NCBI GenBank assembly: GCA_965220745.1
Contig: CBDCQT010000012.1
Location: forward strand, 64,001 to 128,000
Direction: 5' to 3'
From: Alphaproteobacteria bacterium
Lineage (GTDB): Bacteria > Pseudomonadota > Alphaproteobacteria > UBA828
Length of the DNA: 64,000 nucleotides
The position numbers were made by a program, and so were the translations under genes. Below the pieces are notes generated by a model. The model worked only from the letters and a program-made list of their open reading frames with translations, did no database searches and was not told the origin of the DNA. Shown here one piece after another: positions 1-13,716 of this stretch (positions are counted from its first letter, which is position 1; each line of letters begins with the position of its first letter).

Positions 1-1
1 C

Positions 2-100
2 ACCCTCTCACTCGTCGAAGTCGCCAACCTCGTGGAGATCTACAAGCGCCGCGAGGTGATCGAGGCCTGCGACCCCCTGCACTTCAACCCGCAGCACTGA
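2..100 (+). CDS. 3' end of a gene entering from outside the window (unknown product)
   Basis: Open frame TLSLVEVANLVEIYKRREVIEACDPLHFNPQH* with host-like GC3 codon usage, stop at 98-100. Confidence 0.6.
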   Translation, partial: TLSLVEVANLVEIYKRREVIEACDPLHFNPQH

Positions 101-196
101 AGGGGAAGGGCTGGAACAACAGGCCACTATCTGTAGACACTATCTATATAAACACGTTGTGACCATACTGCGGAAGAGTGATCATCCGAACTTAAT

Positions 197-1072
197 CTAC
201 TGAGCCGGTTTCTCGGGCTGGGAATCCAGTGCACGTTCTGCCAGCTTTAGCGCCCCTAGCATGTCCTCTCGCAGGAACTTCATGTAATTCTCGAATACTT
301 CCTGTGTCCATTCTGGCCCCGACAAAAGGCTCATCATGAATTGCTTTATTGTAGGATCAGTTTCATCTTCAATAGTTTGAGGTTTTTCGGCCTCCTCTAT
401 TGTGTTTCTAACCATACGCAACACTGAAGCTCTCGATTTAGCTCGCGGCTTACGCTCTGCAGATGAATACAGACTTGTTGTTCCCCATCTTTCTCCCTTA
501 AAGTACTTAAGTCTATCCTTGGCACTCAAATTGAGACTCCGAAATTTGAATCCAGATACTTTCTCCTTTGCAATTGCTTCTACGATTTCTCTTTGAGTAA
601 TGATGCTTGGAAAGCTGGCCTTCATTCCAGTCAGGCGAAAGGCTAATACGACAGATCTCCCAACAAGATCAAAATGCTCTCCATTTTCGTCGGTCACCTT
701 AGTCAACAAGGCGTCGTGCTCCACCGTTATACCATGCTTCAGCCGGAATCGAGTTTCTCCACTAACTCCCAGGCCAGTTACATTATTCATTACTGTGATT
801 TGCTTGCTAATTGTGACGATTCTTGCGGCCTGACATCCTAGCTCCCTGTGCAACTCAATCGGAAACCACGCTAAAAATCCGTCCCCTGTCCACTTGACGA
901 ATCGGCCACCGGCTGCATTTACGGCCAACTTACCCAACCAATGTAGCCTTTGGAAATATTCCTCTACAGCTTGTGCAGACTCATTCTCGTAAAGATATTT
1001 TGAGGAGTTCTGAATGTCACAAACCCAAACGATCCCCCGCCCGCGCTCAAATGTAAACTTGGTCTCCTTCAT
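197..1072 (-). CDS. Class III adenylate/guanylate cyclase-family protein, low GC
   Basis: Motifs VCDIQNSS, VKWTGDGFLAWF, RLKHGI, DLVGRSVVLAFRL; markedly more AT-rich than the flanks. Confidence 0.8.
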   Translation of the reverse strand: MKETKFTFERGRGIVWVCDIQNSSKYLYENESAQAVEEYFQRLHWLGKLAVNAAGGRFVKWTGDGFLAWFPIELHRELGCQAARIVTISKQITVMNNVTGLGVSGETRFRLKHGITVEHDALLTKVTDENGEHFDLVGRSVVLAFRLTGMKASFPSIITQREIVEAIAKEKVSGFKFRSLNLSAKDRLKYFKGERWGTTSLYSSAERKPRAKSRASVLRMVRNTIEEAEKPQTIEDETDPTIKQFMMSLLSGPEWTQEVFENYMKFLREDMLGALKLAERALDSQPEKPAQ

Positions 1073-1297
1073 TTCTCAACGCGTCTCCAAACTTCCACTT
1101 GTTCTGTGGCGAAATATCAAGACTAGCTTTTCGGGCACTATCACTTTCAGTGGTCGAATTCTCGAACTGGGTCATTTTCTGCCAAGTGCACACGGCCCTC
1201 ACCCAGGCCGTACACTGGTTGGTGTCGAAGAGTTATTGGTTCCTCGCCATAAATTGAGTGCCGCCTGACCCCGCGACAGGGACTCGACGCCTGGTAT

Positions 1298-1459
1298 TCA
1301 CTTCGCCAACTGCTTCAGCACCTCGCGGTCGTCGCGCATGATCTCCTCGGCCAGCGCCTCCTGGCGAGCATCGTCGGACTCATTCGAGGGCAGCCGCTGA
1401 TCCTCGCCCGGCGTCTTGGGCAGATCGGGCAAATCGCCTTTCTTCACCTTGCTACTCAT
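1298..1459 (-). CDS. Small protein resembling the C-terminus of a Doc-partner (AbrB-type) antitoxin
   Basis: Not in ORF track. 53 aa ending QEALAEEIMRDDREVLKQLAK*; start overlaps the aspS stop (TGATG). Confidence 0.55.
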   Translation of the reverse strand: MSSKVKKGDLPDLPKTPGEDQRLPSNESDDARQEALAEEIMRDDREVLKQLAK

Positions 1460-3249
1460 CATCCTTCTCCCTGCTTTGGCGGCAGGTCGAGCTTGAGGCT
1501 CAGCTCCTTGAGGTGCTTGTCGGGCACGGTCGCAGGTGCCCCCATCATCAGGTCCTGCGCCGTCTGGTTGAGTGGGAACATGATGACCTCGCGGATGTTG
1601 GGCTCGTCCGAGAGCAGCATGACGATCCGGTCGATCCCAGGCGCGATGCCGCCGTGGGGTGGCGCGCCGTACTGGAAGGCATGGTAGAGCGCGCCGAAGC
1701 GGCGCTTCACCTCGTCCTCACCGTAGCCCGCGATCTCGAACGCCTTGACCATCAGATCGGGCTGGTGATTGCGGATCGCACCGCTGGAAAGCTCCACGCC
1801 GTTGCAGACGATATCGTACTGGTAGGCCAGCACGCTGAGCGGATCGTCGCTCTCCAGCGCCTCCATCCCGCCTTGCGGCATGGAGAAGGGGTTGTGGCTG
1901 AAGCCGATGGCGCCGGTCTGCTCGTCGCGCTCGAACATCGGGTAGTCGACGATCCAGCAGAACGCGAACCTGTCCTCGTCGATGAGCTCCAGCCGCGTGC
2001 CGAGTTCCAGCCTCACGGCCCCGGCATAGCGCGCGGCTGCGGCCGGCCTGTCGCAGCTCAGAAACACCGCATCGCCGTCCTCGAGGCCCGCGATCGTGCG
2101 AATCTCCTCCTGCACCGCCTCCGGCACGAACTTCGCGATCGGCCCCTTGCCGGCGCCGTCGGCAAAGGTGATGTAGCCGAGGCCGGGCGCGCCCAGGTCT
2201 TGGGCGAACCCGATCATCCGGTCGAAGAAGCTGCGCGGCTGGTCCGCGATCCCCTTCACCGGAATGCCGCGCACGACGCCCCCCTTCGCAATGGTGCCCT
2301 TGAAGGCCTTGAACGTCACCTCCTCGCGCCCGAACTGCTCGGTGAGGTCGACGATCTCGATGGGGATGCGCAGGTCCGGCTTGTCCGTGCCGAAGCGCAG
2401 CATCGCGTCCTTGTAGGCGAAGCGCGGGAACGGCGGTTTGGTGACCGCGCGCTCGGTGAACTCCGTGAAGACGCCGTGCATCACCGGTTCCAGCGCGTCG
2501 AACACGTCCTCCTGCTCGACGAACGCCATCTCGACATCGAGCTGGTAGAACTCGCCGGGGGAGCGGTCGGCGCGCGCGTCCTCGTCGCGGAAGCAGGGCG
2601 CGATCTGAAAGTAGCGGTCGAAGCCGGACGCCATCACCAGCTGCTTGAACTGCTGCGGCGCCTGCGGCAGCGCGTAGAAGGTTCCGGGATGCAGCCGGCT
2701 CGGCACCAGGAAATCCCGCGCGCCCTCGGGCGAGCTCGCGGTGAGAATTGGCGTGTGGCATTCCATGAAGCCCTGCTCGACCATGTGCCGGCGGATGCTG
2801 GCGACGATGGCGCTTCGGCGCACCATGTTCTGGTGCATGCGCTCGCGCCTGAGGTCGAGGAAGCGGTAGCGGAGCCGCACCTCCTCGCCATAGTCGTGCT
2901 CGCCGTGAACCGGCAACGGCAGGGTCTCGGCCGCGTTCTGCACCTGGAGCTCGGCGATCCGCACCTCGACCTCGCCGGTGGGAATCTTGGGGTTCACGGT
3001 CTCAGCGTCGCGCGTCACCACCGGGCCGGTCAGGGTCACCACCGTCTCGGGCTTGAACGCCGTCACCGCATCGAACAGCGGCTCGCCGCTCTCGGCAACG
3101 CACTGGGTGATGCCGTAGTGGTCGCGCAGGTCCACGAAGACGAGATGGCCGTGATCGCGCACCCGATGGACCCAGCCGGAGAGGCGCACGGTCGAGCCGA
3201 CATCGGACGGCCTGAGCGCGCCGCAGGTATGCGTTCGGAATCGATGCAT
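1459..3249 (-). CDS. aspS: Aspartate--tRNA ligase
   Basis: [10 protein letters not shown] start, [47 protein letters not shown]. Confidence 0.98.
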   Translation of the reverse strand: MHRFRTHTCGALRPSDVGSTVRLSGWVHRVRDHGHLVFVDLRDHYGITQCVAESGEPLFDAVTAFKPETVVTLTGPVVTRDAETVNPKIPTGEVEVRIAELQVQNAAETLPLPVHGEHDYGEEVRLRYRFLDLRRERMHQNMVRRSAIVASIRRHMVEQGFMECHTPILTASSPEGARDFLVPSRLHPGTFYALPQAPQQFKQLVMASGFDRYFQIAPCFRDEDARADRSPGEFYQLDVEMAFVEQEDVFDALEPVMHGVFTEFTERAVTKPPFPRFAYKDAMLRFGTDKPDLRIPIEIVDLTEQFGREEVTFKAFKGTIAKGGVVRGIPVKGIADQPRSFFDRMIGFAQDLGAPGLGYITFADGAGKGPIAKFVPEAVQEEIRTIAGLEDGDAVFLSCDRPAAAARYAGAVRLELGTRLELIDEDRFAFCWIVDYPMFERDEQTGAIGFSHNPFSMPQGGMEALESDDPLSVLAYQYDIVCNGVELSSGAIRNHQPDLMVKAFEIAGYGEDEVKRRFGALYHAFQYGAPPHGGIAPGIDRIVMLLSDEPNIREVIMFPLNQTAQDLMMGAPATVPDKHLKELSLKLDLPPKQGEG

Positions 3250-3383
3250 GGCGGGAGGCCCCGTGGTGCGTGAGGTGGTGGGTGATGCCCGGAGCGGGCC
3301 GAGCCGGGCCGGAAAAGCGCACGGAACCGGACGCCTTGTCAAGCGCCGCTCCAGGCCGGCGCCGCGGCGCCGCTCAAGTCACG

Positions 3384-4160
3384 TCAATGCAGCGTCGCGA
3401 TGTCCTCGGCGGTCTCCTCGCCGGGCTGCTTGCCGAGAATGATCATGCTCAGCACCTGATCCTTGGTGACCTCGGCGGTGCGGTGGGTGCCGATCTGGCG
3501 GCCGTTCGTCATCACCGTGATCCGGTCCGACAGATCGAACACGTCGTGGATGTCGTGGGAGATCAGGACCATGCCGATCCCCTCCGACTTGAGCCGGATC
3601 ACCAGCTCCTTGAAGACCGCGGTCTCGCGGTGCCCGAGGGCAGCGGTTGGCTCGTCCATGATCAGGACCTTGGTGTCGAAATAGAGCGCCCGCCCGATGG
3701 CCACCGACTGGCGCTGGCCGCCGGAGAGCCGCTGCACCGGCTCGCGCAGGTTGACGAAGTTGGGGTTGATGCGGGCGATGACCTCGCGGGTGGCCTTCTC
3801 CATGGCGTTGCCGTCGAGGGTCGCCCAGCGGGTCATGATCTCGCGGCCGAGAAACAGATTGGCGACCGCGTCGAGATGGTCGGCCAGCGCCAAGTCCTGA
3901 TAGAGCGTCTCGATGCCGAGGTCCCTGGCGTCGCGGGGATTGTGGATCGAGACCTTCTCGCCCTGCATGTAGATCTCGCCGCTGTCCATGCGGTAGGCGC
4001 CGGCGAGAATCTTGATGAGCGTCGACTTGCCGGCCCCGTTGTGGCCGACGACACCGAGCACCTCGCCGCCCTGGACCGTGACCGAGACATCCTCGACCGC
4101 GTGGGTGCCGCCGAAGCTCTTGTAGATGTTGCGCATCTCGATCAGCGGCGGCGCGCTCAT
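3384..4160 (-). CDS. Sugar ABC transporter ATP-binding protein (single domain, no permease or SBP nearby)
   Basis: [26 protein letters not shown]. Confidence 0.92.
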   Translation of the reverse strand: MSAPPLIEMRNIYKSFGGTHAVEDVSVTVQGGEVLGVVGHNGAGKSTLIKILAGAYRMDSGEIYMQGEKVSIHNPRDARDLGIETLYQDLALADHLDAVANLFLGREIMTRWATLDGNAMEKATREVIARINPNFVNLREPVQRLSGGQRQSVAIGRALYFDTKVLIMDEPTAALGHRETAVFKELVIRLKSEGIGMVLISHDIHDVFDLSDRITVMTNGRQIGTHRTAEVTKDQVLSMIILGKQPGEETAEDIATLH

Positions 4161-4269
4161 CGTGTCTCCCTGCGGGTCAGGCGACGTCGTACTGACGGGA
4201 TATTCTCGAAAGCACTCCCGCGCCGGTCAAGCACCCGCCAATCCCCGCCGCGCGGAACGTCCGCCCAAC

Positions 4270-4764
4270 CTACTGAGCCGCGTCGCCTTCCTTGAATTGC
4301 TCGATGGCCTCCGCCAGTTCCTCGGTCTCTTCGCAGGACGCGCAGATGTCCTGCAGGGTCGCGAGGTGCCCCTCGGCCTTGGCCAGATCGCCGACCATCA
4401 GGTAGGCCTCGCCGATGTACTCGTGGGCGCCCAAGTGCTTCGGATCGAGGTCGAGCGCCCGCCCATAATTCTCGAACGCTTCGTCGAGCCGGTCGAGATG
4501 GCGATAGCTGTAGGCGAGCAGGTTGAACACGTCCGCGTTGCGCGGGTTGGACTCGGCCGCGCGTTCGAGAAACGCGGCAGCGCGCTCCCAGTTGCCGGCC
4601 TCGATCGCCTGCTTGCCGCGCTCGATGTTGCGCTGGTCGGCCTGGGACGCTGCGTTGCTCGTGCTGCTGGAGCTCCCCGCAGCAATGGCGTCCGATGCGG
4701 GAAGCAAGGCCAGGGCGCCGCCGAGCAGCAGGATGGCGGCGAAAACTCTTATGTGAATCGTCAT
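4270..4764 (-). CDS. Secreted TPR-repeat protein
   Basis: Signal-peptide-like N-terminus; TPR motifs NADVFNLLAYSYR, ALDLDPKHLGAHEYIGEAYL. Confidence 0.85.
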   Translation of the reverse strand: MTIHIRVFAAILLLGGALALLPASDAIAAGSSSSTSNAASQADQRNIERGKQAIEAGNWERAAAFLERAAESNPRNADVFNLLAYSYRHLDRLDEAFENYGRALDLDPKHLGAHEYIGEAYLMVGDLAKAEGHLATLQDICASCEETEELAEAIEQFKEGDAAQ

Positions 4765-4825
4765 GTTGCACCTCTGCGGCTGAGTTGGGTCGACGGCCTC
4801 GTTCGGCCCGACCACGCCGCCGGCC

Positions 4826-7145
<2,320 letters not shown>

Positions 7146-7316
7146 CGACACCTCCTTCGTCGCGGCCGGGGAAAAGCGTAGGCGCACGGCGGTTGCGCGT
7201 GCAACGGGGCGCGTGGACGGTCATTGCCGGTTGCGCCTATAGTGGACTCCCCAGGCGCTCGACGAAGTAGAACAAACAATCGGGTGGCGCCCGGACAAGA
7301 TGGGAGGAAAGGAACG

Positions 7317-8546
7317 ATGCTAGGGAGATTCGTAGCTCTCGTGGCGCTCGGCGCATTGGTTGCCGCGCCATTGGCCCATCAACCGCAGGCCAAGGCTGAC
7401 GACCACGAGGTGGTGATCGGCTTCGCGATCGCGTTCAGCGGCTGGATGAACCAGTACGACGGCCCGCCCTATCAGGGCTCGCTGATGGCGATCGAGGAGT
7501 TCAACGAACAAGGTGGCATCCTCGGCAAGCAAATCCGGGCGGTCACGTCCGACACCAAGACCGACACGGTGCAGGGCGCCAAGGCCGGCGCCGATGTGGT
7601 GGCGCAGGGCGCGCAGTTCATGGTGGTCTCCTGCGACTACGACATGGGCGCACCTGCCGCGACGGTCGCCAACAGCAACAACATGATCTCGATCTCGTCC
7701 TGCGCATCGGACGCCAAGATGGGCGTGCAGGGCATCGGGCCTTACGCCTTCACGCTCAACACCTACGGCCAGGGCGAGGGCGCAGGCATGGCCAAGTACG
7801 CCTACGTGGATCGGGGCTGGCGCAAGGCCTTTCTGCTGCTCGATGCCTCGATCGAGTACGACAAGAGCATCTGCCACGGCTTCCTGGAGCAGTGGAAGGA
7901 CTACGGCGGCGAGGTGATTGGCGTCGACAGCTACATGCAGGAGGACGCCTCCATCGCCTCGCAGATCACCCGCTACAAGGAGCTGGCGGCGGAGCGCGGC
8001 GAGCCCGAGTTCCTCTATCTCTGCTCCTACGGCGCTGGCGCGGTGAGCGCGATCCGGCAGATCCGGGCGGCAGGCATCGACGTTCCCATCGGGGGCGGCG
8101 ATTCCATGGACGGCGACTACTGGTCCGAGGCGGTGCCCGGACTCAGCGATCACTACGCGTCGTCCTTCGGCTCGATCTGGGGCGACGACCCCCGGCCCGA
8201 GGTGAACGAGTTCTTCGACCGCTACCGTGCGAAGTACGGCGAGCCCGAGACCTCGTTCCCGCTCAACGGCTACAGCGTGATCCAGGCGATCAAGGTGGCG
8301 GCCGAGCGGGCTGGCTCCCTCGACTCCGATGCAGTGCTCGCCGAGATGAACAAGTTCGACAAGGAGCCGCTGCTCTGGGGTCCGACCACCTATACGGCCG
8401 ACACCCACATCGACCTCACCCACGTGCTGACGATCATCCAGATCCAGGATGGCAAGGGCAGCTACGCAGGCCAGGGCGGTGCCGAGAACCCGCCGGCGCT
8501 GCAGCTCATCTTCCCGGACTTCACCGAGGACCTTTACGAGAACTAG
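7317..8546 (+). CDS. Branched-chain-amino-acid-type (LivK-like) ABC substrate-binding protein
   Basis: Signal peptide; AIEEFNEQGGILGKQI motif; heads a Liv-type operon. Confidence 0.9.
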   Translation: MLGRFVALVALGALVAAPLAHQPQAKADDHEVVIGFAIAFSGWMNQYDGPPYQGSLMAIEEFNEQGGILGKQIRAVTSDTKTDTVQGAKAGADVVAQGAQFMVVSCDYDMGAPAATVANSNNMISISSCASDAKMGVQGIGPYAFTLNTYGQGEGAGMAKYAYVDRGWRKAFLLLDASIEYDKSICHGFLEQWKDYGGEVIGVDSYMQEDASIASQITRYKELAAERGEPEFLYLCSYGAGAVSAIRQIRAAGIDVPIGGGDSMDGDYWSEAVPGLSDHYASSFGSIWGDDPRPEVNEFFDRYRAKYGEPETSFPLNGYSVIQAIKVAAERAGSLDSDAVLAEMNKFDKEPLLWGPTTYTADTHIDLTHVLTIIQIQDGKGSYAGQGGAENPPALQLIFPDFTEDLYEN

Positions 8547-8558
8547 TCTGCGTTACCT

Positions 8559-8592
8559 GAAGGCCGGCCCGCCGCACGGCGGGCCGGCCTTC
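8559..8592 (+). terminator. GC-rich hairpin between SBP and permease (attenuator or mRNA stabiliser)
   Basis: Perfect inverted repeat GAAGGCCGGCCCGCCG-CA-CGGCGGGCCGGCCTTC; no U-tract. Confidence 0.6.
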
Positions 8593-8624
8593 GGCACTCT
8601 CGTGGTTGTCTTCCAGGGGCCGTC

Positions 8625-9539
8625 GTGACCGGACTGGTCCAGAACGCCATCGACGCGCTCGCGCTGGGCAGCCTGTATGCGCTGACGGCGCTGGGCATCG
8701 GGCTGATCTTCGGTGTCATGCGGCTGATCAATTTCGCCCATGGCGACCTCATCATGATAGGCGGCTACGCGCTGATCGTGCCGTCCAGCGCCGCCGCAGC
8801 CGTCGCCTTCATCGGGGCCTGGCCGGCGCCTGCGATGGTCGCCGCCATCGTCTTCATCGTCATGCTGTTCGCACTGGCCTGCGAGCGGCTGGCCTTCCGT
8901 CCGCTCCGTCGCGCTAACCCCTCGGTGCTGCTGATCACCTCGTTTGCGCTCAGCTTCTTCCTCGAGCACCTGGTGGTGATGATCTACGGCGGCCGGGTGA
9001 AGGCCGTGAGCATCTGGCCCGAGCTGCTGGAGGTCTTGCCCATCAGCGGCGTGCGCATTCCGTATCTGCAGATCGTCACCATCGGGGTGACCATCGGGCT
9101 GCTGGTGCTGCTGGTGCTCTTCCTCAAGCGCACCCCCATGGGCATCCAGATGAGGGCGGCGTCGGAGGATTTTTCCACGGCGCGGCTGCTCGGCGTGCGC
9201 GCCAACCGGGTGATCGCCGTGGCGTTTGCCATCAGCGGGCTGCTCGCCGCCGTGGTCTCGCTGCTCTACGTCTCGCAGGTGGGCGCGCTCACCTACAGCA
9301 TGGGGATTCCCCTGGTGCTATTCGCCTTCGTCGCCACCGTGGTGGGCGGCATGGGGAGCCTGACAGGCGCGGTGCTCGGCGGCTTCGTGGTCGGCATCGC
9401 AAGCGTGGTGCTCCAGGTGGCGCTGCCGGTGGCCATGCGTCCCGACCGCGACGTCTTCGTCTATGGGCTGATCCTGCTGATCCTGCTGATGCGGCCCTCG
9501 GGCCTCGTGAAGGTGAAGTCGATCGAGGAGAAGGTCTGA
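8625..9539 (+). CDS. LivH-like ABC permease
   Basis: LIFGVMRLINFAHG, GGMGSLTGAVLGG; hydrophobic. Confidence 0.92.
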   Translation: MTGLVQNAIDALALGSLYALTALGIGLIFGVMRLINFAHGDLIMIGGYALIVPSSAAAAVAFIGAWPAPAMVAAIVFIVMLFALACERLAFRPLRRANPSVLLITSFALSFFLEHLVVMIYGGRVKAVSIWPELLEVLPISGVRIPYLQIVTIGVTIGLLVLLVLFLKRTPMGIQMRAASEDFSTARLLGVRANRVIAVAFAISGLLAAVVSLLYVSQVGALTYSMGIPLVLFAFVATVVGGMGSLTGAVLGGFVVGIASVVLQVALPVAMRPDRDVFVYGLILLILLMRPSGLVKVKSIEEKV

Positions 9540-9540
9540 G

Positions 9541-10688
9541 ATGGCCGGGCCGGGTGGCAGCGGCATGGAACGGCGCGACCTGATCTTGCGCCTGCCCGTC
9601 GTGGGCCTGCGCGTCTTCTGGACGCCGATCGTCCTTTCGCTCGGCATGCTCGTAATCGTGCTTGCGGTGTGGGCGAGCGGCGACACGGTGCTGGCGCTGG
9701 CGGTGACCGCCGCGCTGATCCGCGCGGTCATGGTGATCGGCCTCTATATCTTCATCGGCAACTCGGGCGTTCTGGCCTTCGGCCATGCCACCTTCATGAT
9801 GGTAGGCGCCTACGGCGTGGCGTGGCTGACGCTCCGCCCCTTCAACAAGAGCTTCGCGCTGCAGCTGCCGGAGTTCCTGGCGGCGCACCAGTACCCGATG
9901 CTGCCGTCCGCGATTGCGGCAGCGCTGCTGGCGGCCATCGTCGCCTTCATCGTCGGCATCCCGATCATGCGGCTCTCAGGGATAGCGGCGGCCATCGCGA
10001 CGCTCGCCGTGCTCGGCATGTTCAAGACCTTCTACTCCAACTGGAGCGAGTGGACGCTGGGTGCCGCGACCATGCCGGGTATTCCGATCTATGTGGATAT
10101 GTGGATCGCGCTGGCTTGGGTGGTGGTGGCGCTCTTCGCCGCCTACATCTACCAGCGCTCGAAATACGGCCTCGCGCTCCGCGCCTCGCGGGAGGACGAG
10201 TTCGCGGCCCGCGCGGCGGGGATCAACATCCCGCGTCAGCGGCTCGTTGCCTTCGTGCTTAGCGCCTTCTTCATGGGCATCGGCGGTGTGCTGGAGGCGC
10301 ACTACCTCGGCACCATCGCGGTCAAGAATTTCTGGCTCACCATCACCTTTATTCTGCTCGCCATGCTGATCGTGGGCGGTCAGCGCAGCCTCACCGGCGC
10401 ACTGGTAGGCGTGGTGGTGATCTCGACCCTGATCGAGATTCTGAACTCCCTCGAAGCCGGCATGAACGTGGGCGTTGCGGTGCTCTCGGTGCCGATCGGC
10501 GCCCAGGAGCTCACCATCGCGGGCCTCATGATCATCATCCTGGTGTTCCGGCCGGACGGGATCATGGGCGGGCGCGAGGTGCCCTGGCCCTTCGGCAAGG
10601 CAGGACGCATCGTGCGGGACCCCGGCGCGGCTGAGAGCGAGCACGACCCGCTGCGGCGGGGCGTCGCACAGCGGGATGGCGCCCCCTG

Positions 10689-10689
<1 letters not shown>
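9541..10689 (+). CDS. LivM-like ABC permease
   Basis: GNSGVLAFGH, GLALRASREDEFAA, FRPDGIMG; start could be 9565. Confidence 0.9.
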
Positions 10690-11481
<792 letters not shown>

Positions 11482-11495
<14 letters not shown>

Positions 11496-12222
11496 GAACC
11501 TGCACGTCCGCTACCGGCGGCTCCGCGCGGTGCGCGGCGTCTCGCTCACCGTGGGCGAGGGCGAGATCGTCTGCCTGGTGGGCCCCAACGGCGCCGGCAA
11601 GTCGAGCACGCTGCGCAGCATCGCGGGCCTGCACCCGCCGTCGGAAGGCGACATCCGGCTCGCCGGCCGCTCCGTCAAGGGCCTCGCGCCCGAGACCATC
11701 GCGCGCCTGGGCCTTTCCATGGTGCCGGAGGGCCGTCACGTCTTCACCCAACTCACGGTGGAGGAGAACATTCTGCTCGGCAGCCAGATGCGGCGCGACC
11801 GCAAGCAGGTGAGGGCCGACTTCGAGCGCATGCTGGAGAGCTTCCCCTTCCTGCGCGGGCGGCTCTCCACTCCCGGCGGCAAGCTCTCGGGCGGCGAGCA
11901 GCAACAGCTCGTGATCGCCCGCGCGCTGATGACCAGCCCCCGGCTCATCCTGCTGGACGAGCCTTCCCTCGGCCTCGCGCCGATGGTGGTGGACACCGTC
12001 TACGAGATCCTCAAGGGACTGCGCGACGAGGGCATCACGCTGCTGGTGGTCGAGCAGAGCACCCACCGGGCGCTGGAGAACGGCGACCGCATCTACATCA
12101 TCCGTTCGGGCCAGATCGAGCTCGAAGGCGAGTGCAGCGCGCTCACCGACGAGCGCGTCGAGCAGGCCTACTTCGGCTTCGGCGAGGCGGAAGCCGAGGT
12201 GGATCACCGAACGCGCTTCTGA
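11482..12222 (+). CDS. LivF-like ABC ATP-binding protein
   Basis: GPNGAGKSS, VPEGR, LSGGEQQ, LDEPSLGLAP. Confidence 0.93.
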
Positions 12223-12266
12223 GCGGCCTGCCCTCACAGTACGCAACGCAGACAGGAGAGCATACG

Positions 12267-13052
12267 GTGGGCTATCACGACCGCCAGATCGAGAAGGGAG
12301 CGGGACCAGCCGTGGTCTTCAGCCACGGAACGCTCATGGACGCGACGATGTTCGACCCCCAGCTCGACCATCTGTCCGAGCGGGGCTACCGGGCCATCGC
12401 CTACAACAGCCGCGTGCTCACGGGGGCGCCCGCCGCGCATACGCTGGGCGATCTGGTCGAGGATTGCCGCGCGCTCCTGGACAATCTCGGCATTCAGAAA
12501 TGCGTCCTCGCGGGCATGTCGGTGGGCGGCTTCATGGCCCTGGAATTCGCCCTCGCGTATCCCGAGCGTTTGAGCGGGCTGATCCTCATCGCCGCCACGT
12601 CGAAGGACTATACGGCTGAGGAGCGGGAGGCCTACCACCGTCAGTTCGACAAGCTGGACATCGACGGCACGGTGCCGCGAGACTTTGCCGAGTGGGTGGC
12701 GCCCTTCTGTTTCGGCGAGACGACGATGGCGTGCAACAAGACGCTCGTGGAGCACTGGGTCGACCGCTGGGCGACGACGGTGCCGGCGCGCGCGGTGCTC
12801 TACCAGGGCCGCTCCTGGCTCGACAAGGAAGACATCACCGGGCGGCTCGCGGCCGTGCGTGTGCCGGCCCTCGTGATCCATGGCGAGGAAGACGTGCCGC
12901 TCCCCATCGGACGCGCGGCGTCGATGGCGGACGCGCTCCCCGACGCGACCTTCGCGCGGGTTGCACACGCCGGGCATTCGGTGAATCTGGAGCAGCCCGC
13001 GATCGTCAATGCGGCTATCGCCCGCTTTCTCGGCCGCCTCGACCTGTCATAA
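12267..13052 (+). CDS. Alpha/beta-fold hydrolase
   Basis: SHG, GMSVGG nucleophile elbow, HGEED, AGH; GTG start after AGGAG. Confidence 0.9.
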   Translation: MGYHDRQIEKGAGPAVVFSHGTLMDATMFDPQLDHLSERGYRAIAYNSRVLTGAPAAHTLGDLVEDCRALLDNLGIQKCVLAGMSVGGFMALEFALAYPERLSGLILIAATSKDYTAEEREAYHRQFDKLDIDGTVPRDFAEWVAPFCFGETTMACNKTLVEHWVDRWATTVPARAVLYQGRSWLDKEDITGRLAAVRVPALVIHGEEDVPLPIGRAASMADALPDATFARVAHAGHSVNLEQPAIVNAAIARFLGRLDLS

Positions 13053-13103
13053 CGCGACGGAACCGAATACGGTTGCCACCCTCCGACGAAAGGAAGACCA
13101 GCT

Positions 13104-13688
13104 ATGTCAGACTCCGCATTCCTCGTGTTGCACTTTCAAAACGGCGTCGCCCATCCCGATGGCGTGTGGGGCAAGTATCTGTTCCCCCAAGTCGAGAAGA
13201 ACGGATCGGTGGGCAATGCGAGGCGGGCGCTCGACGCCGCCCGGCAGCGCGGCATGCTGGTCATCTACGTGAACATTGCCTGGCGGCCGGGCTTTCCCGA
13301 GCTGCCCGACGACACCTGCGGCCTGCTCAAAGAGGCCAAGGACAACAACGAGTGCCTGGTGGGCTCCTGGGGCGCGGACGTGATCGACGAGCTCAAGCCC
13401 GAGGGCAACGAGATCATCGTCATCAACTTCGGCTCAGACAGCTTCGAGGGCACTGACCTCGACCTGATCCTCAGAAACCGGGGAATCAAGCGCGTCTATG
13501 TCGTCGGCCAGTGCATCGAGCACGTCGTCGTGACGACGGTGAAACGCGCGGTCAACATGGGCTACGGCGCCTCGGTCTTGAAGGACTGCACCAGCGGCTT
13601 CACCGACCAGAACTACGACGCCATGGTGGAGATCCTGCCGCTCTACGCCGATCTGGTCACGGCAGACGACTTCGTCGGCATGAACTGA
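13104..13688 (+). CDS. Isochorismatase/cysteine-hydrolase-fold protein with non-canonical active site
   Basis: GSWGA, SFEGTDLDLILR, MGY...DCTS match the fold; canonical D/K/C positions are substituted. Confidence 0.8.
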   Translation: MSDSAFLVLHFQNGVAHPDGVWGKYLFPQVEKNGSVGNARRALDAARQRGMLVIYVNIAWRPGFPELPDDTCGLLKEAKDNNECLVGSWGADVIDELKPEGNEIIVINFGSDSFEGTDLDLILRNRGIKRVYVVGQCIEHVVVTTVKRAVNMGYGASVLKDCTSGFTDQNYDAMVEILPLYADLVTADDFVGMN

Positions 13689-13716
13689 TCCGGTGCCCGG
13701 CTCATTCCGGCCGGGC

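Noticed and set aside
197-1072. Calling the cyclase a Pycsar PycC system
   Set aside because: It retains the Lys/Asp adenine-type determinants and no cNMP-binding TM or TIR effector is adjacent in the window
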